DNA from: the human T2T-CHM13v2.0 reference genome, Homo sapiens
DNA length: 64,000 nt
Assembly (NCBI RefSeq): GCF_009914755.1
Contig: NC_060931.1
Direction: 5' to 3' (one strand)
In this document: piece after piece, positions 42,955 to 62,357 of the stretch
Layout: each line of letters begins with the position of its first letter
Position numbering within the stretch: position 1 is the stretch's first letter
Position numbers and translations under genes: made by a program
Notes under the pieces: model-generated
Told to the model about the DNA's origin: nothing
The model's input: the letters and a program-made list of their open reading frames with translations, nothing else
Databases searched by the model: none

Positions 42955-43255
42955 TACGTTAGGTTTCGGTGGTATATTTTTGTTTCAAATTTTAGTCCAG
43001 TTTTAAACACCAGACAACATTCTTTTTTATAATATAAGATTTCTAGCAGCTTTGTTTTGGAAGAAATTTCTAGAGATTTAAATTTATTAATTCCTACATG
43101 GGTGAGTCCATCCTCATGTGTAGGGGCTGCAGGCAGTTGCTCCTGGTATGATCCAAGTTTCACCATGAAATTTCCATCAATATTCAGTTTCTCTCTAAGT
43201 GGCTTGCTAGAGTACTAGCCTTCTTTCTAGGTTTTGCTTGATATTCTTATGCTAA
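42955..43255 (-). pseudogene. candidate decayed exon (weak splice sites)
   Basis: Long stop-free frame YSSKPLREKLNIDGNFMVKLGSYQEQLPAAPTHEDGLTHVGINKFKSLE... in unique DNA (ORF 42951-43166 -). Confidence 0.3.
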
Positions 43256-43269
43256 TTGAGTCAATATTG

Positions 43270-43403
43270 CAGTATGGTGATGTGGGTAGGCTCTGGAATC
43301 AAGCTGCCAGGGTTCAAATCTCAGCTCTGCTACTTATTCACTTCATGACCTTGAGCAACACTTAATCCTTCTAAACCTGCATATTCCATTTGTAAAATGG
43401 AGG
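43270..43403 (+). mobile_element. MIR
   Basis: 'gctctggaatcaagctgccagggttcaaatctcagctctgctactt...gaccttgagcaa...tgtaaaatgg'. Confidence 0.8.
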
Positions 43404-44226
43404 CTCACAGGAGCTAGGCCTGAATTGAAGGGCAGGTCAGCAAACTGGGATAAAGCCATTCTGCAGCCAGGTCAATCTGTAAAGTTTAAAAGAGGAAGAA
43501 CCCCTTCTGGAGCACAACAAGAGTTTTGTTTGGCTCTGAAAGTGACAGGGGAACTGTTCAATTATAGACCAAGTTAGAATCAGCTAAAGTTTAGACATTT
43601 GTTTGAAATGTTGAGTTTCAAACTGTTTTTCCATTTTGGGGGCTGCTCTGAACTCAGGACCCTCTGGCTTTTTGTAAGGACCATCCATTTGTTTAGGTGG
43701 TTAATTTCTCAAATAGGCCTTGGTCCTGACCTAACTGAACAGGATGGGTTAGGTCAGGACCAAGGCCTGTTTGAGAGGTTGGGCCAGGTGTCCTTGTAGC
43801 TCACTGGAGTTAAGCGTCCAGCTACTGGAAGTGAGTAATCCAGCCAGTACTTAACCACTGGAAAGAAAAGGAAGTTGTCCTAGCTAGGGGGTGGAGGATA
43901 CATGTCACACTTTAATAAACAGGCAGAGGCAAACCGTAGCTTTAAGAAAGGACTGAATTTGTAATGTGAGTGGTGGAATGTCAGGGAATAAGGGAATTGG
44001 GGGAAACTTTCTGTTTATTTTTATGTTGAAGAGAAAAGCTAGGACTTTAATTTAGTCTATAAATTATAACAGGGTGCTAATTTTATTTCCTAATTAACAG
44101 CATCTAGGTTAGACTTTGCATATAATTGTGCTAATTCTTAGGATGCACAAAAAATAAATGAAAGGCTTTTTGAGGGGTTAATTTTTCTAACAAAATTATA
44201 GAATAGCACAACAGGGCATCCTTCAC

Positions 44227-44455
44227 TTCTTGCTTGACTTTTGTGGCATGCTTATAAAGAAGGTTATCTTTGCAAAATATTCAAGGTCTTCTTCAAACCC
44301 TCTTTTGAAGGATTTACTTTGTCATCAAATCTTTATTTTTCAATGGTTTGAAATGGTTTGAGTTGTTTTCCAATTTCACTTTTATAGACTTCATCAAAGT
44401 CTGCATCTTTTGCAAGATTTTCAGTTTCACTGATAATTATAACATGCCATAATTT
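44227..44455 (-). pseudogene. candidate decayed exon
   Basis: KLWHVIIISETENLAKDADFDEVYKSEIGKQLKPFQTIEK*RFDDKVNPSKEGLKKTLNILQR*; preceded by a pyrimidine tract ending 'ttcttacaa' (possible AG>AA loss), or an AG at 44430-44431. Confidence 0.45.
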
Positions 44456-44890
44456 TTGTAAGAAAATGGCAAAGATATGAAAATGATGCATAGGATAAGA
44501 GCTAATGCGAAGCAGGAAGGAATTTTTGAGTATAAACTATATCACATGTGGTCAGTTCCTTAACACAGATTTTTATATCATAATACATCTGCCTGCCTAT
44601 GAAACCTTATAAGTTTAAGGACTTGAATAATAACAAGAAAGACCTGTCTTGATAACAAGAAAGACCTGTCTAATTTTACTGTCAATTGAGACTGGGAAAG
44701 AGTCTTACAGCTTTGCGCTTTCTAATGTGTTATTGACAATAGAAACACCCATGATAGTTTGATATTTGCCCCAACCTAGTAGCCCCTTCTCCTAGAATTG
44801 GGATTTAGAATCTTGATTATCATTTTCTCAAACCAAATGTTTCTAAAAGTAAAAGAAGGCCTACACTCATAGAGTAGTGCTCTAAGTTAC

Positions 44891-45398
44891 CATTATTTGG
44901 TGCATATCACAGAGCTTGGTATGTCTTTATGGAGTGAGGAAACCCCAAGTAGATGAATCCTTAAAATGGCAAATATGTACAGTGATTGCCCTGGTGTGGT
45001 GGACAACAGATTTCTTCCTCTGGTGTAGTGAGACTGGAAAACTTGTGAGGCAGGCTTCACTTGGGCTCATAAAGATTTATCTTTATTTGTTGCTCAATCT
45101 CAGGGAAATCAGAAGGAACCTGCATGCAGGTGTACTTCAGTGGCTGATATGGAGGCCAGATGTTGGGTGTCTGAGCAAAAGTCCTGATTTTAGTTGACCT
45201 CCTTCTGGATTCATTAGCGGATCAAACCATATCTGAACAGATGTACTCATTAGTCCTGCAGTAGGTCCACTGGGAAGCTTCTTTCTAATTTTGGCTTTGA
45301 GTCCATTGGATGAATGGATTTTTCTAGAGTCTATCCTCTCCTATGGACATTTGAACAATAGTTTTAGCTTATCATCAAAATCTTTATAGTGAGCTCCC
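44891..45398 (-). pseudogene. candidate large decayed exon with frameshift(s)
   Basis: Frames GAHYKDFDDKLKLLFKCP*ERIDSRK... and SRRRSTKIRTFAQTPNIWPPYQPLKYTCMQVPSDFPEIEQQIKINLYEPK*SLPHKF...; donor 'ATG|gtaact'. Confidence 0.4.
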
Positions 45399-45410
45399 CT
45401 AATGCATACA

Positions 45411-48130
<2,720 letters not shown>

Positions 48131-48197
48131 TGTACTGGGAAAAAAATTTATAGCACTCCTAAACATACAGTAGGATGCCCAAAGTGCATCTTGAGCA

Positions 48198-48408
48198 CAG
48201 TTTTTCAGTCTCAGCAGCATAATTGACATTTTGGACCAGATAAATCTTGTTGTGAGAGGCTGTTCTGTGCAATATAGGATGCTTGGCAGCAACCCTGGTC
48301 TCTACCCACTAGACGACTGTAGCATGTTTCGTTTTGATAATCAAAAATACCTGCACACATTGCTAAATGCCCCTTGAGGGGTAAAATTGCTTCTGGTTGA
48401 GACCCAGT
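48198..48408. mobile_element. MER20 hAT-Charlie MITE
   Basis: 'attgacattttggaccagataa...tataggatgcttggcagcaaccctggtctctacccactaga...cattgctaaatgcccc'. Confidence 0.88.
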
Positions 48409-48899
48409 CTAGACAAAGGTTGGGAAATTTGTTGGCTGTATCTTCAAAATATGTTCAGAATTCAACCACTCCCACCACTTCCATTTTCTCTCTTTGTCAA
48501 GCCACCATCATCTCTTGCCTGGATTATTGCAGTAGTTTCCTAATCAGACTCCTGGTATCTACTCCATTTTCTACTCTTACCTTTTCAGTGTTTTCTCCAC
48601 ACAGCATCCAGAGTGATTCTTTCAGAACATGCCAGTTTATGTCACTTATCTCCTCACAACTCTCCAAAGACTCTCTCTTTCTCTGAGGGTAAAATTAGTA
48701 GGTGAATTCAGGACAATGGCATGCCAGGAACTATGTGACGCATCACAACCACCAGCTGAACCAGGGATTTGTGAAGGAGCCAGAGGCATGTGGGCAGCCA
48801 ATGGCCCCTGAGAAGGCTCAAAACTTTCTGGATGTTCTTTCTGAAGTCGTCTTCAGAGCCAGTTTAGTCAGGCAGGACTACTACTCTGATTCCCTATAA

Positions 48900-49215
48900 T
48901 CAGATACTTTTTCTTCCAAATAGTCCTCTAGTTGGATCATTAATCAATTCACCAGACTACTGATGACAATTATCTCTATCCAAAAATTAAAGTCTACACT
49001 TAAAAAATTAGGATTTGCTGCCACTGGGTTCATTTGAAACAAAGCAGCAGGTTCTAAATGCAAACCTTTAAGAGGAATCCCTGAAAGTGTTTTTAATTGA
49101 TGGCAAGATCAATGGACTAAAGTAGAAATTCTTAAGGCAGTTATGTTGAAGAAGATAATGTTCACTTAGATTTTTACGTTTTGGGTATTAATTAATATGA
49201 GCTTTATTATAATAT
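48900..49215 (+). mobile_element. mariner-derived relic (MARNA-like)
   Basis: 'ccaaaaattaaagtctacacttaaa...gatttgctgccactg...gtgtttttaattgatggcaagatcaatgg...tatgttgaagaagataa' resembles a mariner transposase 3' end. Confidence 0.5.
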
Positions 49216-50469
49216 TTGAAATTACTTCCTAGAGTAATTTAGTAACTTGATATTTTATAATAATAACATTTTGAAACATTTCAAGAATATGCCCTAGATA
49301 TATGGAAAATAAGTCACAAATTCAACAATAAGATAGATAAGAGATGGAGAACCACAATTACAGAAGAACCAGGAGGTATTCTCCCCCAAGATCAACATGA
49401 AATAAGATCTCATGAAAACAGCAAAATAAAGGACAGTTAAAGGTGGCAGAGTTACCGAAAACCTCACTTTGATACACAAAAAGTGTCAGCAATCTGTTAG
49501 AGCACAGAAATAGTGATTGCCCCTTTCACTACAACATGGAAAGATTCCACTTGGCTTTGCTAGTTGCTTTCTGTCTCTCCATATGGGAAAAATATAACTA
49601 ACTGGATAATTTTCAACCAGCAAAAAAAGGTGGAGCATAAATTCTAAAAATAAGTATGATATAAAAATGCTGAAATGCTAAAAATGTTCGATAAGTTATA
49701 AATGGGAAAACAGATAAGAAAAGACATAGTAAAAGATTTTTACAGCTATGTGAAATAGGGCAAAATTAAGCAAAAACAAACTTGAAAGTGGAATACCAGA
49801 GAACATTTTTATGGTAATGACAAATGGTAATGTTCTATTGTATAACAAGAGCCCCCATTTCATAAGAGAATTTGAATGTAAACTGGGAATACTCAGTGAT
49901 GTTCTCAAAACTAGAATTCTTTTCTAGTGAGAGAGATAATTCTGTTTTTTTTCCTTCCTGACATATTACAAACTAATTTTTCAGAGTTTTGTGAAATATT
50001 GTTAATTTTTTTCTTTTACTACTTGTTTTCTGGCCATCATGCTTCTCTAGGGAGAGAATTATGATAATCTGAGAGCATGCTGTTTTATACACCCTTAGCT
50101 TTAATCCCCTTTTAGATACTTTTTACTTTTTCTCCAGGCTTTTGACTTGGGATGACTTTTTTTTTTTTTTTTTTTGCTGCAGAATATAGTGCCATCTTTC
50201 ATAGACAGTTGCAAAAGTAAACCTCCTCTAATAACATTCTAAAAATGTGATTATTAAATAAAAAGATGCAATTTAATAAAAGCCATGGTTCATAAAGCCA
50301 TTAGTTAAATAGATTCATTAATAAGAACACATTTTCCCACATGAGACACTCCGTAAGTGGTGGTTATGGTCTCCAGCTAGCCTGCCAACTTTATTTAATT
50401 TACAATGCATTTGAAACTGAATGTTCTATAAATCAGATACATTATGGGTTAATAGGGCCTTTGGGGAGA

Positions 50470-51205
50470 CAGTGAGAGGAATAGTCAGGGAATCTGACAC
50501 CCATTATAAATTATGTTTAAGGCAATTGATTTTCAAGTCAAGTCTTCGAATGCCAAGACCTCAACTATAACAAGTTCCAAGAAATTGAGAGATTGGGACA
50601 GAAAAAAAAAGGAAGAATAGGAGGTGAAATTTTCTTCCTTGAGGGCACAAGTAACTGGACACTCTCCCCAAACTCTCCTACCCAGCATGAAGGGGACTCT
50701 TCTCCCTTAGCACCAGAAAACTCACCAGGAGAGGATTCTCTCTTTCCTCTAAACTCTCCCTCAGAAATCACTGCTTAGTATTGTTAAGCAGCAATTATCT
50801 ATGGGTTTCTGCACATCTTGCAAAGCAGGCACTGAGTACCCTTTGTTCTCCACCATCTTTTCAAGGATGTTTGCTAAGAGAAAATATCTGGAAGATAGAG
50901 ATGTTGTCTCTTTCAAGAGAAAGGATAGGGTTGCTTATGGCTTTGGGACATAGAGATAGTATCTCCCTCTGGAGCAATAGGCAGATACTCTTACTGCCTG
51001 TTACAAAAGATTTGGATCCCCTAAGCTCAGGGTTCCACTCTTGCAACACAACCCTATGGGAATTGGGGCTCTGGTGCAATTGCAAATGTTACTGTGGCTA
51101 CTGTTATTGCTCTGAGTAATGAATGGTCCTTTGTTTCTGATTCAGGAGGCTCTTCTATCAGTATCCACGGAAGTGTGTCAGGCGAACTTTTTAACCTGCA
51201 AGTGA
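50470..51205 (+). mobile_element. ERVL-class solo LTR (subfamily uncertain)
   Basis: 'ccctctggagcaa...cctaagctcagggttcc...ctatgggaattggggctc...tggctactgttattgctctgagtaat...cctttgtttctga'. Confidence 0.55.
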
Positions 51206-52079
51206 GCTTACTGCTTTTTAATAAAAGCAGCACATTTTAATTATGATTCTGATGTATGTGTAGATCAGAATCTATAAAAATTACTAAATACATTACTTAT
51301 TTCTTTATAGATAAAACTGCTCATTAATATACTAAATAATTTAGCATAAGTAATGATGTTCTTTGAAAAGGAAGTAATAATTGGTAAAAGAGGTTGGAGA
51401 TTAGCTGTGGATGTCAATTTTGTGGTATTTAAAAATGCTTTTCACAGCATGGTAATGGTACAAAAACAGACACATAGACCAATGGGACAGAATAGAGAGC
51501 CCAGAAGTAAGGCCACATATCTACAACCATCTAATCTTTGACAAAGCTGACATAAACAAGCAATGGGTAAAAGACTCCCTGTTCAGTAAAAGGTGCGGGG
51601 AGAACTGGCCAGCCAGATGCAGTAGATTGAAACTGGAACCCTTACTTATACCATACATAAAAATCAACTCAGGGTGGATTAAAGACTTAAATGTAAAAAA
51701 ACTCTGGAAGATAGCTTAGGCAATTCCATTTTGGACATAGGAACAGGCATAGATTTCATGACAAAGACACAACAGGCAATCACAACAAAAGCACAAATTT
51801 ACAAATAGGATCTAATTGAGCTGAAGAGCTTCTGTACAGCAAAAGAAACTATCAACAGAGTAAACAGACAGCGTACAGAATGAGAGAAAATTTTTGTGAT
51901 CTATCCATCTGACAAAGGTCTAATATCCAGCATCTATAAGGAACTTAAACAAATTTACAAGAAAAAGCCAACAACCCTATTAAAATGTGGGCAAAGGACA
52001 TGAACGGACGCTTTTCTAAAGAAGACATACATGCGGCCAACAAGCATATGAAAAAAAGCTCAGTATCACTGATCATTAG

Positions 52080-52461
<382 letters not shown>

Positions 52462-53176
52462 CAGAATGGCTATTGTTAAAAAGTCAAAAAATAACAGATG
52501 CTGGAGAGGTTGTGGTGGAAAGGGAAAACTTATACACTATTGGTGGGAGTGTAAATTAGTTCAGCCATTGTGGAAAGCAGTGTGATGATTCCTCAAAGAG
52601 CTAAAAATAGTACTACCATTTGACCCAGCAATCCTATTACTGGGTGTATACTCAAGGAATAGAAATCAGTCTACCATAAAGACACGTGCATGCAAATGTT
52701 CATTGCAGCACCATTCACAATACTATTCACAATAGTAAAGACATGGAATCAACCTAAATGCCCATCAAAGGTGGACTGGATAAAGAAAATGTGGTACATA
52801 TACACCATGGAATACTATGTGGCCATAAATAAGGAGATTATGTCTTTTGCAGGAACATGGATGGAGCTGGAGCCCATTATCCTCGGCAAACTAATGCAGG
52901 ATCAGTAAACCAAATACCACATCTTCTCACTTATAAGTGGGAGCTAAATGATGAAAACACATGGACACATAGAGAACAACAGACACTGGGACCTACCTGA
53001 GGGTGCAAGGTGGGAGGGAGGAAAGGATCAGAAAAAATAACTATTGGGTACTAGGCTTAGCTCCTGGATGATGAAATAATCTGTATAGCAACCCCCCATG
53101 ACATGAGTTTACCTATATTACAAACCTGCACATGTACCTCTGAACCTAAAATAAAAGTTGTTTTTTTAAAAAGAAA

Positions 53177-53280
53177 CACAAGTAATCCCCTTTTTATCCA
53201 GGGTTTCATTTTCTGTGATTTCAACCACAGTCCAAAAATATTAAATGGAAAATTCCAGAAATAAGCAATTCATAACTTTA
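53177..53280. mobile_element. MER44/Tigger7-like terminal fragment (transduced)
   Basis: 'cccctttttatccagggtttcattttctgtgatttc...ccaaaaatattaaatggaaaattccagaaataagcaattcataa'. Confidence 0.7.
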
Positions 53281-53651
53281 AAAAAATAAAAAATAAAAAT
53301 GATTTTCATTATAATACTCAAAGTCTCATATGCACAATGCTACCATTTTAAGTGCTGTTTGTTGTTTTAATTTCCTAGTCTAAGTATTTGTAAGAAAAAA
53401 ACAGTTTCTATGATTCCAAATTTGCTCAATGGCCCAAAGGATAAGCACAACTTGCCTCTCCTACCAACAGATATTTTGAATTTACTCTGTTGCTGGGGAG
53501 CATATTGGTCTGCATTTTCTGATGTTTGTGGCAGAGGATGGCTCAGTCCTGGTTAAGTGTGGTCAAAAGTAGAACTTAACACAACTTTAAGATTAAACAC
53601 ACAAAGACGACCCACGTTTTGTGGCTTTAAAACTCTTACGTGTAGCCTTAC

Positions 53652-53996
53652 ATGTAGATTCGGATTTTTTTTATGGTGGTGTGTTCTCAGTATATATTCA
53701 TGTATTCACTCTTCTTACTTAATAGTTCGTATAGAGATTAAGAAATCTCTCTTAATTGTTAAAACAGATTTCTCTCAGGCTCTCCAGCTTCTGGTACAGA
53801 CAAACTGTACAGGAAATGCAGCTGCTTCTCTTGTTTCTTAATGACTAATTATTGTATCCTAGTGCCTTGCACATACTGCTTAGAGTTGAATTCAAGTAGA
53901 TTGTTGTTTTTTAAGAGTATCCTAGCAGTAAGATTAGGATTTTTCCATGGGTTATTTTACTCAATAAAACAGCACGGTAGCATGTGCCCTTTCTTT
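53652..53996 (-). pseudogene. candidate decayed exon (345 nt)
   Basis: Acceptor 'tttcttcatctatatttacag|', donor 'CAT|gtaagg'; KKGHMLPCCFIE*NNPWKNPNLTARILLKNNNLLEFNSKQYVQGTRIQ*LVIKKQEKQLHFLYSLSVPE... (5 stops). Confidence 0.45.
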
Positions 53997-54339
53997 CTGT
54001 AAATATAGATGAAGAAATATCTTCTCAAACAAGCTATGCTTTACCCAACTGATAGCATTGAAAAATTAAAAGATTATAGTGAATAATATATGCGTATTAG
54101 GATCCTTAAAAGACTGGATAATTGGAGTTGTCAGTACAATAATCACCTCAGTTTTGAGTGTCATCTTTCAGGTAAATTAGACTCAGATTTGACACAGAGA
54201 AGTAATAGAAAAATAATTTGAAAAACCATTTAAAATGTTTGCTTTGCTCAAGCTTTCGAGTTCAAGTTTAGTTCTATAAATTAAATACCCACATCCATAG
54301 TTACTTAATTAGAGGATAAACCAATTCTCAAAACATTTA

Positions 54340-54530
54340 GTAATAATAGCAATAAATAGGTGTAATATATCTGCCAAGCAAGTGTCAAGTCTTATATTTT
54401 GCATTATCTCATTTAATAGTCACAGTTATTGTTACCACTATTTTACAGGTGAGGAAACTGAGACTTAGGGAAATTAAGTAACTTATTCGAATTTGCATAG
54501 TTAATAAGTGGTAGAATTTTAATTCGGTAC
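54340..54530 (-). mobile_element. MIR
   Basis: 'attttacaggtgaggaaactgagacttagggaaattaagtaactt'. Confidence 0.8.
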
Positions 54531-54613
54531 TGTTAATCCTTACAGTTCAAAAATGATAGTATTTTTCAATAAAATGGAAATTTGTTTTTAATGAAAATGG
54601 AAATTTCCCTTGC

Positions 54614-54693
54614 TTGGCACTTGATGTTGTCTCAGAAACCCAATCTGAAGAAGAGATTTGCATTTCTTCTATTTCATCCAATTCACCCTCAAC
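54614..54693 (-). pseudogene. candidate exon (80 nt) with a GC or mutated donor
   Basis: Acceptor 'ttttttatgaatattcccag|'; open frame VEGELDEIEEMQISSSDWVSETTSSA; donor 'AA|gcaagg'. Confidence 0.5.
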
Positions 54694-55316
54694 CTGGGAA
54701 TATTCATAAAAAAGAGAACAAATTGTGTAGATATTGGGAACAGCTTGTTTGAAACCCATTAACTTTTACTTTTTAACTATCAAGATTTTAACCACTGTGG
54801 GTATTAGGTGAAATCTATCACTTAAGAAAATTGCAAATGCCTCCCTTGGGAGGAAATTAACTCAAATCTATGAAGCTAAGACTACAAACTCTGTGACTGG
54901 ATGGTACACACTTTAGCAGCACTAGTCAATTAAACCTCATAATCCTATTGAAATAGAGCACTAGCTTTCCCAAGAGGCCACATCAGCTGACATCTATAAC
55001 CTTCAACTTCAGATGCCCCTTGGAGTTTTTATTCTGGGTAGTCTGTCACTGGTTCCTGTTAGCTGTCTGAGGGGCTGGGAGTGGCAGCAGATTTCTAGAT
55101 TTTCCAGGTTTGTGCAACCTAATGGGAGATAAAGCATCTGTTCTTGATCCTGCTCCTCACTTTCTTCCCAGCAGTTCTAAAGGTGGATAACCTTTCCATG
55201 CTGTGATCAATGTATTCAACTAATCAGACCTAAGGGTGGCCTTGCACATAGTCAATGAAAGTCATTGCTTATATGGTGTGATTTACAAGGCCCTCAGCTA
55301 AAGGATTCTGCTATAC

Positions 55317-55869
55317 CTTGCCCCACACTCTTGCTCCCCATTCAATTTCCAGTAGTTCACATCCTGTAAACTTGGCATGTCTAGAAAATATCAAATTACT
55401 CTGTGGAAAAGGATTGAAAAAAATTGGGGGGCACAATCATCCTTTCTTGATGAAACTCAAACTTCGACACACTCTTTGTTTCTCTAGTGTTTATGATTTT
55501 TGTTATGTTGAGTTGGGTTCTAGAGGGGGATCTCTGACTTCCTTCTAGCCTGTGCTCCTGTCCTGTTCAAGGGAGCTCTCTACGAAGGGTCTTCAGTTCC
55601 TAATTCTCAGTCTTACTGCCAACCTACCTGACCAAGTTTCCCTCTTCTGATGCTGTGCAAGCTCCATCTGAACTACCATATTTGACCAAGCCATTGTTTT
55701 GCAACTGCAAACTTATTCACAACCAAGCTGCCCCAGCTTCCTAGAGGTAATCTTCAAAGTTCTCCAGGACTCTCCATATCAAGCCTGGCATTACCCTAGT
55801 CCTACCAGAAGCCAGCTCTGCGTGTGCATATACCCACCATTCTGTTATGGGGATTATATCTGTGAAGAA
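55317..55869 (-). pseudogene. two candidate exons (55628-55869 and 55317-55380)
   Basis: Acceptors 'tattttccttggcag|' and 'gatattttctag|', donors 'CAG|gtaggt' and 'AAG|gtatag'; FFTDIIPITEWWVYAHAELASGRTRVMPGLIWRVLENFEDYL*EAG.../HAKFTGCELLEIEWGARVWGK. Confidence 0.45.
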
Positions 55870-56089
55870 CTGCCAAGGAAAATAGTAAAGTCATTACCTC
55901 AACTCACTCAAATGAGATAAAAACTGCACGTAAAACTCCAGATCACTCTAATTGCTGTAGTTTCCAACCTCTGTTTTTATCAGAGGAACTATTTTATTAA
56001 AACAAAATTTTACCCAGAACCTCAGTGTTGATTCATGTATTCAATAGCTATTGAGCACTTATTTGTGCAAAGCACTGAATATATGCCTT

Positions 56090-56845
56090 AGTAAATAGAA
56101 TTCACATCTGCCAACTAAATAGGTCCAGTTCAAGTCCAGGAGTCATCCCTGATTCCCTTTTTCCCCTTATTGCATATATCCAATCCATTGAAAAGTCTCA
56201 TCAATTTCACCTTTAATCTGTATTTCGACTTTTCCCCACTTCTCTCTGGCTACAACCACCCTGATTCCAGTCATCATCATCTCTTATATCTATCAGGGCA
56301 AACCTCCGGCTGCCTCCACTCTTGCTCTCCTATAAACTATTCTACACATAAAAGGCAAAGTAATCTAATGCCTTAGCATGATCTACAAGGCTCTGTATGA
56401 TCTGGCCCCTTTCTGTCATTGCCATTCAATGTCATCCCTGTCATTCACAAACCCCTGGACACAATGAATTTCTTTGTGACACCTTATGTTAAAACTTTTC
56501 CTAGTTTTGGTCCTTTGCACTTTCTATTTCCTCTTTTTGGAGTGTTCAGCCACCAGATCCTCTCACGATGGACTCCACCATATAATTCCTATCTCAATCC
56601 AATGAGAGAGGCCTTCCCTGACCAGCCAATTTTAATGAGCCCTTAAACCATTTGTCACTGTTTATCATATGTCCATGTTCTACATTCCTCAAAGTCTTGA
56701 TTACCATTTGAAATAACATGTTATTATTTTTGTGTGTTATCTATGTCCCTCTCACTCTTCTAGACTGTAAATTCTCTCTTCACAACTGTGTCCATTATAA
56801 TGGTACTTGGTACATAGTTAGACTTAATGGCTATTTGTTAAATAG
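56090..56845 (+). mobile_element. L2 fragment (with adjacent reverse L2 pieces to ~57190)
   Basis: 'atccaatccatt', 'agagaggccttccctgacca', 'ctagactgtaaattc', 'ggtacatagttagacttaatggctatttgttaaat'. Confidence 0.7.
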
Positions 56846-57632
56846 ACAGTGGGGAATAAAACAAAGTCTCTTCCTTCACAAAATTTTCCATTAAACAAAA
56901 AATTAAATAATAAATACAATCACATATACAAATTGTCATACATGTTATAAAAGAAAATAATAGATTGCTCTGTGGTCATGGGAGATGGCTCCAAGCAAGT
57001 GCACAAAAGAAGTGAACTTGACAGAATGAGCCATGAGGATATCTGAAGGAAGAGTGCTCCGATAGAGGGAAAAGGCAATCCCACAGCTTAAGGGGTTAGT
57101 AGTATGTCTGGCCTGTTTGAGGTGGGAGTGGAGTGAGCCAGATGGGAGAATAATAGGAGATGAGATCAGAAAGGGATACAGTAGCAGGACTGCTTCGCTG
57201 AGCAACAGTCCTAATAATTTAGGCATTAAAGCCCATATACCTCTGAAGGATGCAGTACACTTGGAGGGTATTTAGGCTCCATGGAACTTTGTGTGTGGGT
57301 GTGTGTGTGTTCCAGTTGGTTCCCTGGAGGTTGATATCGGACTGGGTGTTATCCGATTGTTCTTGTGTATCCAATCACACTATACATAAAAATCCCAGAA
57401 AAGGATTCAAAATTGCAAAGAGCAATCAGATATTAATCATACTGAACTTCCCAGAATTGACTATGTTTTACTCTAAACAATCACTTAATCATACTATTAG
57501 CATTTTGGCCTAAGGTCAAAATAAAGAGTTCAGTTTGATTCTGATGCTTAAGTCCAAATAATCTGATTGCTTTTGGCAACTTGTAGGTAGAATGTGCATA
57601 TAGCAGAAATATAATTTAATTTTACTTTTCAG

Positions 57633-57697
57633 AAACACTTTTAACTTCCTTGGGGAATTATCCCACTTCAGAAGGCCAACAAACTTCTAATGGAAAG
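57633..57697 (+). ncRNA. candidate 65-nt exon, plus-strand transcript
   Basis: Acceptor 'tttaattttacttttcag|', donor 'AAG|gtaaga'. Confidence 0.45.
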
Positions 57698-58756
57698 GTA
57701 AGAAAATAAACTTTTTTTTCGATATGTGAAATTCTCACATCACTCAAAACAGTGGACTGTACACAGAAGAGAAGTAAATTTAACAATTTATTGTTGTGTA
57801 CAAACGTAGGAAAAAACCTCGGTATTTATCTTCAAGGACTTCATAGTTGAATTGACAGATAAGGCAAACACCCACACAAAAAGGAAATGTGTAGGAGCCA
57901 TGTGTTAATGCAGAAATGACTCTTCCCATGATGCTCTGCCTGTCTTCCTTCTACTGTGATTCTCTAATCTCTGAGACTTAGCTCTCTTAGCCTCGATCCT
58001 TGGTGTGGAAACAATCATATTTATGCTGTAGGGGAATTTAAGGAGTACTTGGCTGGTAGTAGAGGGGTTCAAGGTCAGCCCATCTGTGTGGTTGGTCTAG
58101 TTTTGGCCCCTTATTCTGATAACTGTTATCTGCCTTTTGCTTTGGTACCAAGCTCTCCTTGTGTCCTGCTTATCTTTGGGCTGTCAGCCTTATATCTCAT
58201 TTTCAGGTTTTCTAAAATTTAAAGCCCTCCCCAAAATTAGAGCTGGACATTTGCTGCCTGTGATAATCTGTTTGAGGCCACCTGCCTGTCTTCCCATCTG
58301 TTATCTGCCATCAGATTAGGCTGTGATAACAGCCCCATTCATAGACTGAGAGACGGTATTATTGTGATAGTAAAATATAGTTAACAGACATTTCTGAAGA
58401 CAGGACTTGGGAAGGAGGAATATTTACCTATTAAATTTTTTTTACCATGTACACATGGTATTTTTAAAATAATTAAACCTTAAAAATGAAAACAGTGACA
58501 ACTTAAAAAACTAAAAAAATATTTTTTCTAGTACAAAGGTATATCTGAATCCTACTTCAAACCACCTCACCCTCAAGATCTTCAAAGGAGCAATCAAAGA
58601 TTGGTCAACAGAAGTAAAGCAGGCTGACCTTGATAAGCGGAGGCTTTAACGTTAATCCCCAATATAGAAATCCAGTGAGCTACACCCTGGGAGGCTGGAC
58701 TCTAAGACTATCTACAACTCTGGTGTGGTTGTGTGCCAGCAGGGAACAGCAGAGTG

Positions 58757-59189
58757 ACTATTCACATTAGTAAAGACAAGGAATCAACCTAAATGACCAT
58801 CAATGGCAGAATTGATAAAGAAAATATGGTATATGGACACCACAGGATACTACGCAGCCATAAAAAGAATGAGATCATGTCCTTTGCAGAAGCATGGATG
58901 GAGTTGGAGGCCATTATCCTAAACAAACACAAGAACAGAAAATCAAACACCACATGTTCTCATTTATAAGCGGGAACTAAACATTGAGTACATATGGACA
59001 CAAAGAAGGGAACAGCAGACACCAGGGCCTACTTGAGGGTGAAGGGTGGGAGGAGGGTGAGGATCAAAAAACCACCTGCAGGGTACTATGCATGTTACCT
59101 GGGTGTTGAAACAATCTGTACACAAAACCTCCGCGACACAATTTACCTATATGACAAACCTGCACAGGTCCCTCTGAATTTAAAATTTT
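58757..59189 (+). mobile_element. L1PA15/16-like 3' fragment; its tail continues at 62358-62379 after a nested L1
   Basis: 'cattgagtacatatggacacaaagaagggaac'; TSD aacagcagagtg at 58745-58756 and 62380-62391. Confidence 0.88.

Positions 59190-62357
<3,168 letters not shown>

Noticed and set aside
50593-51119. Adjacent ORFs (61 and 112 aa)
   Set aside because: They lie inside a probable ERVL solo LTR and show no gag/pol/env similarity.
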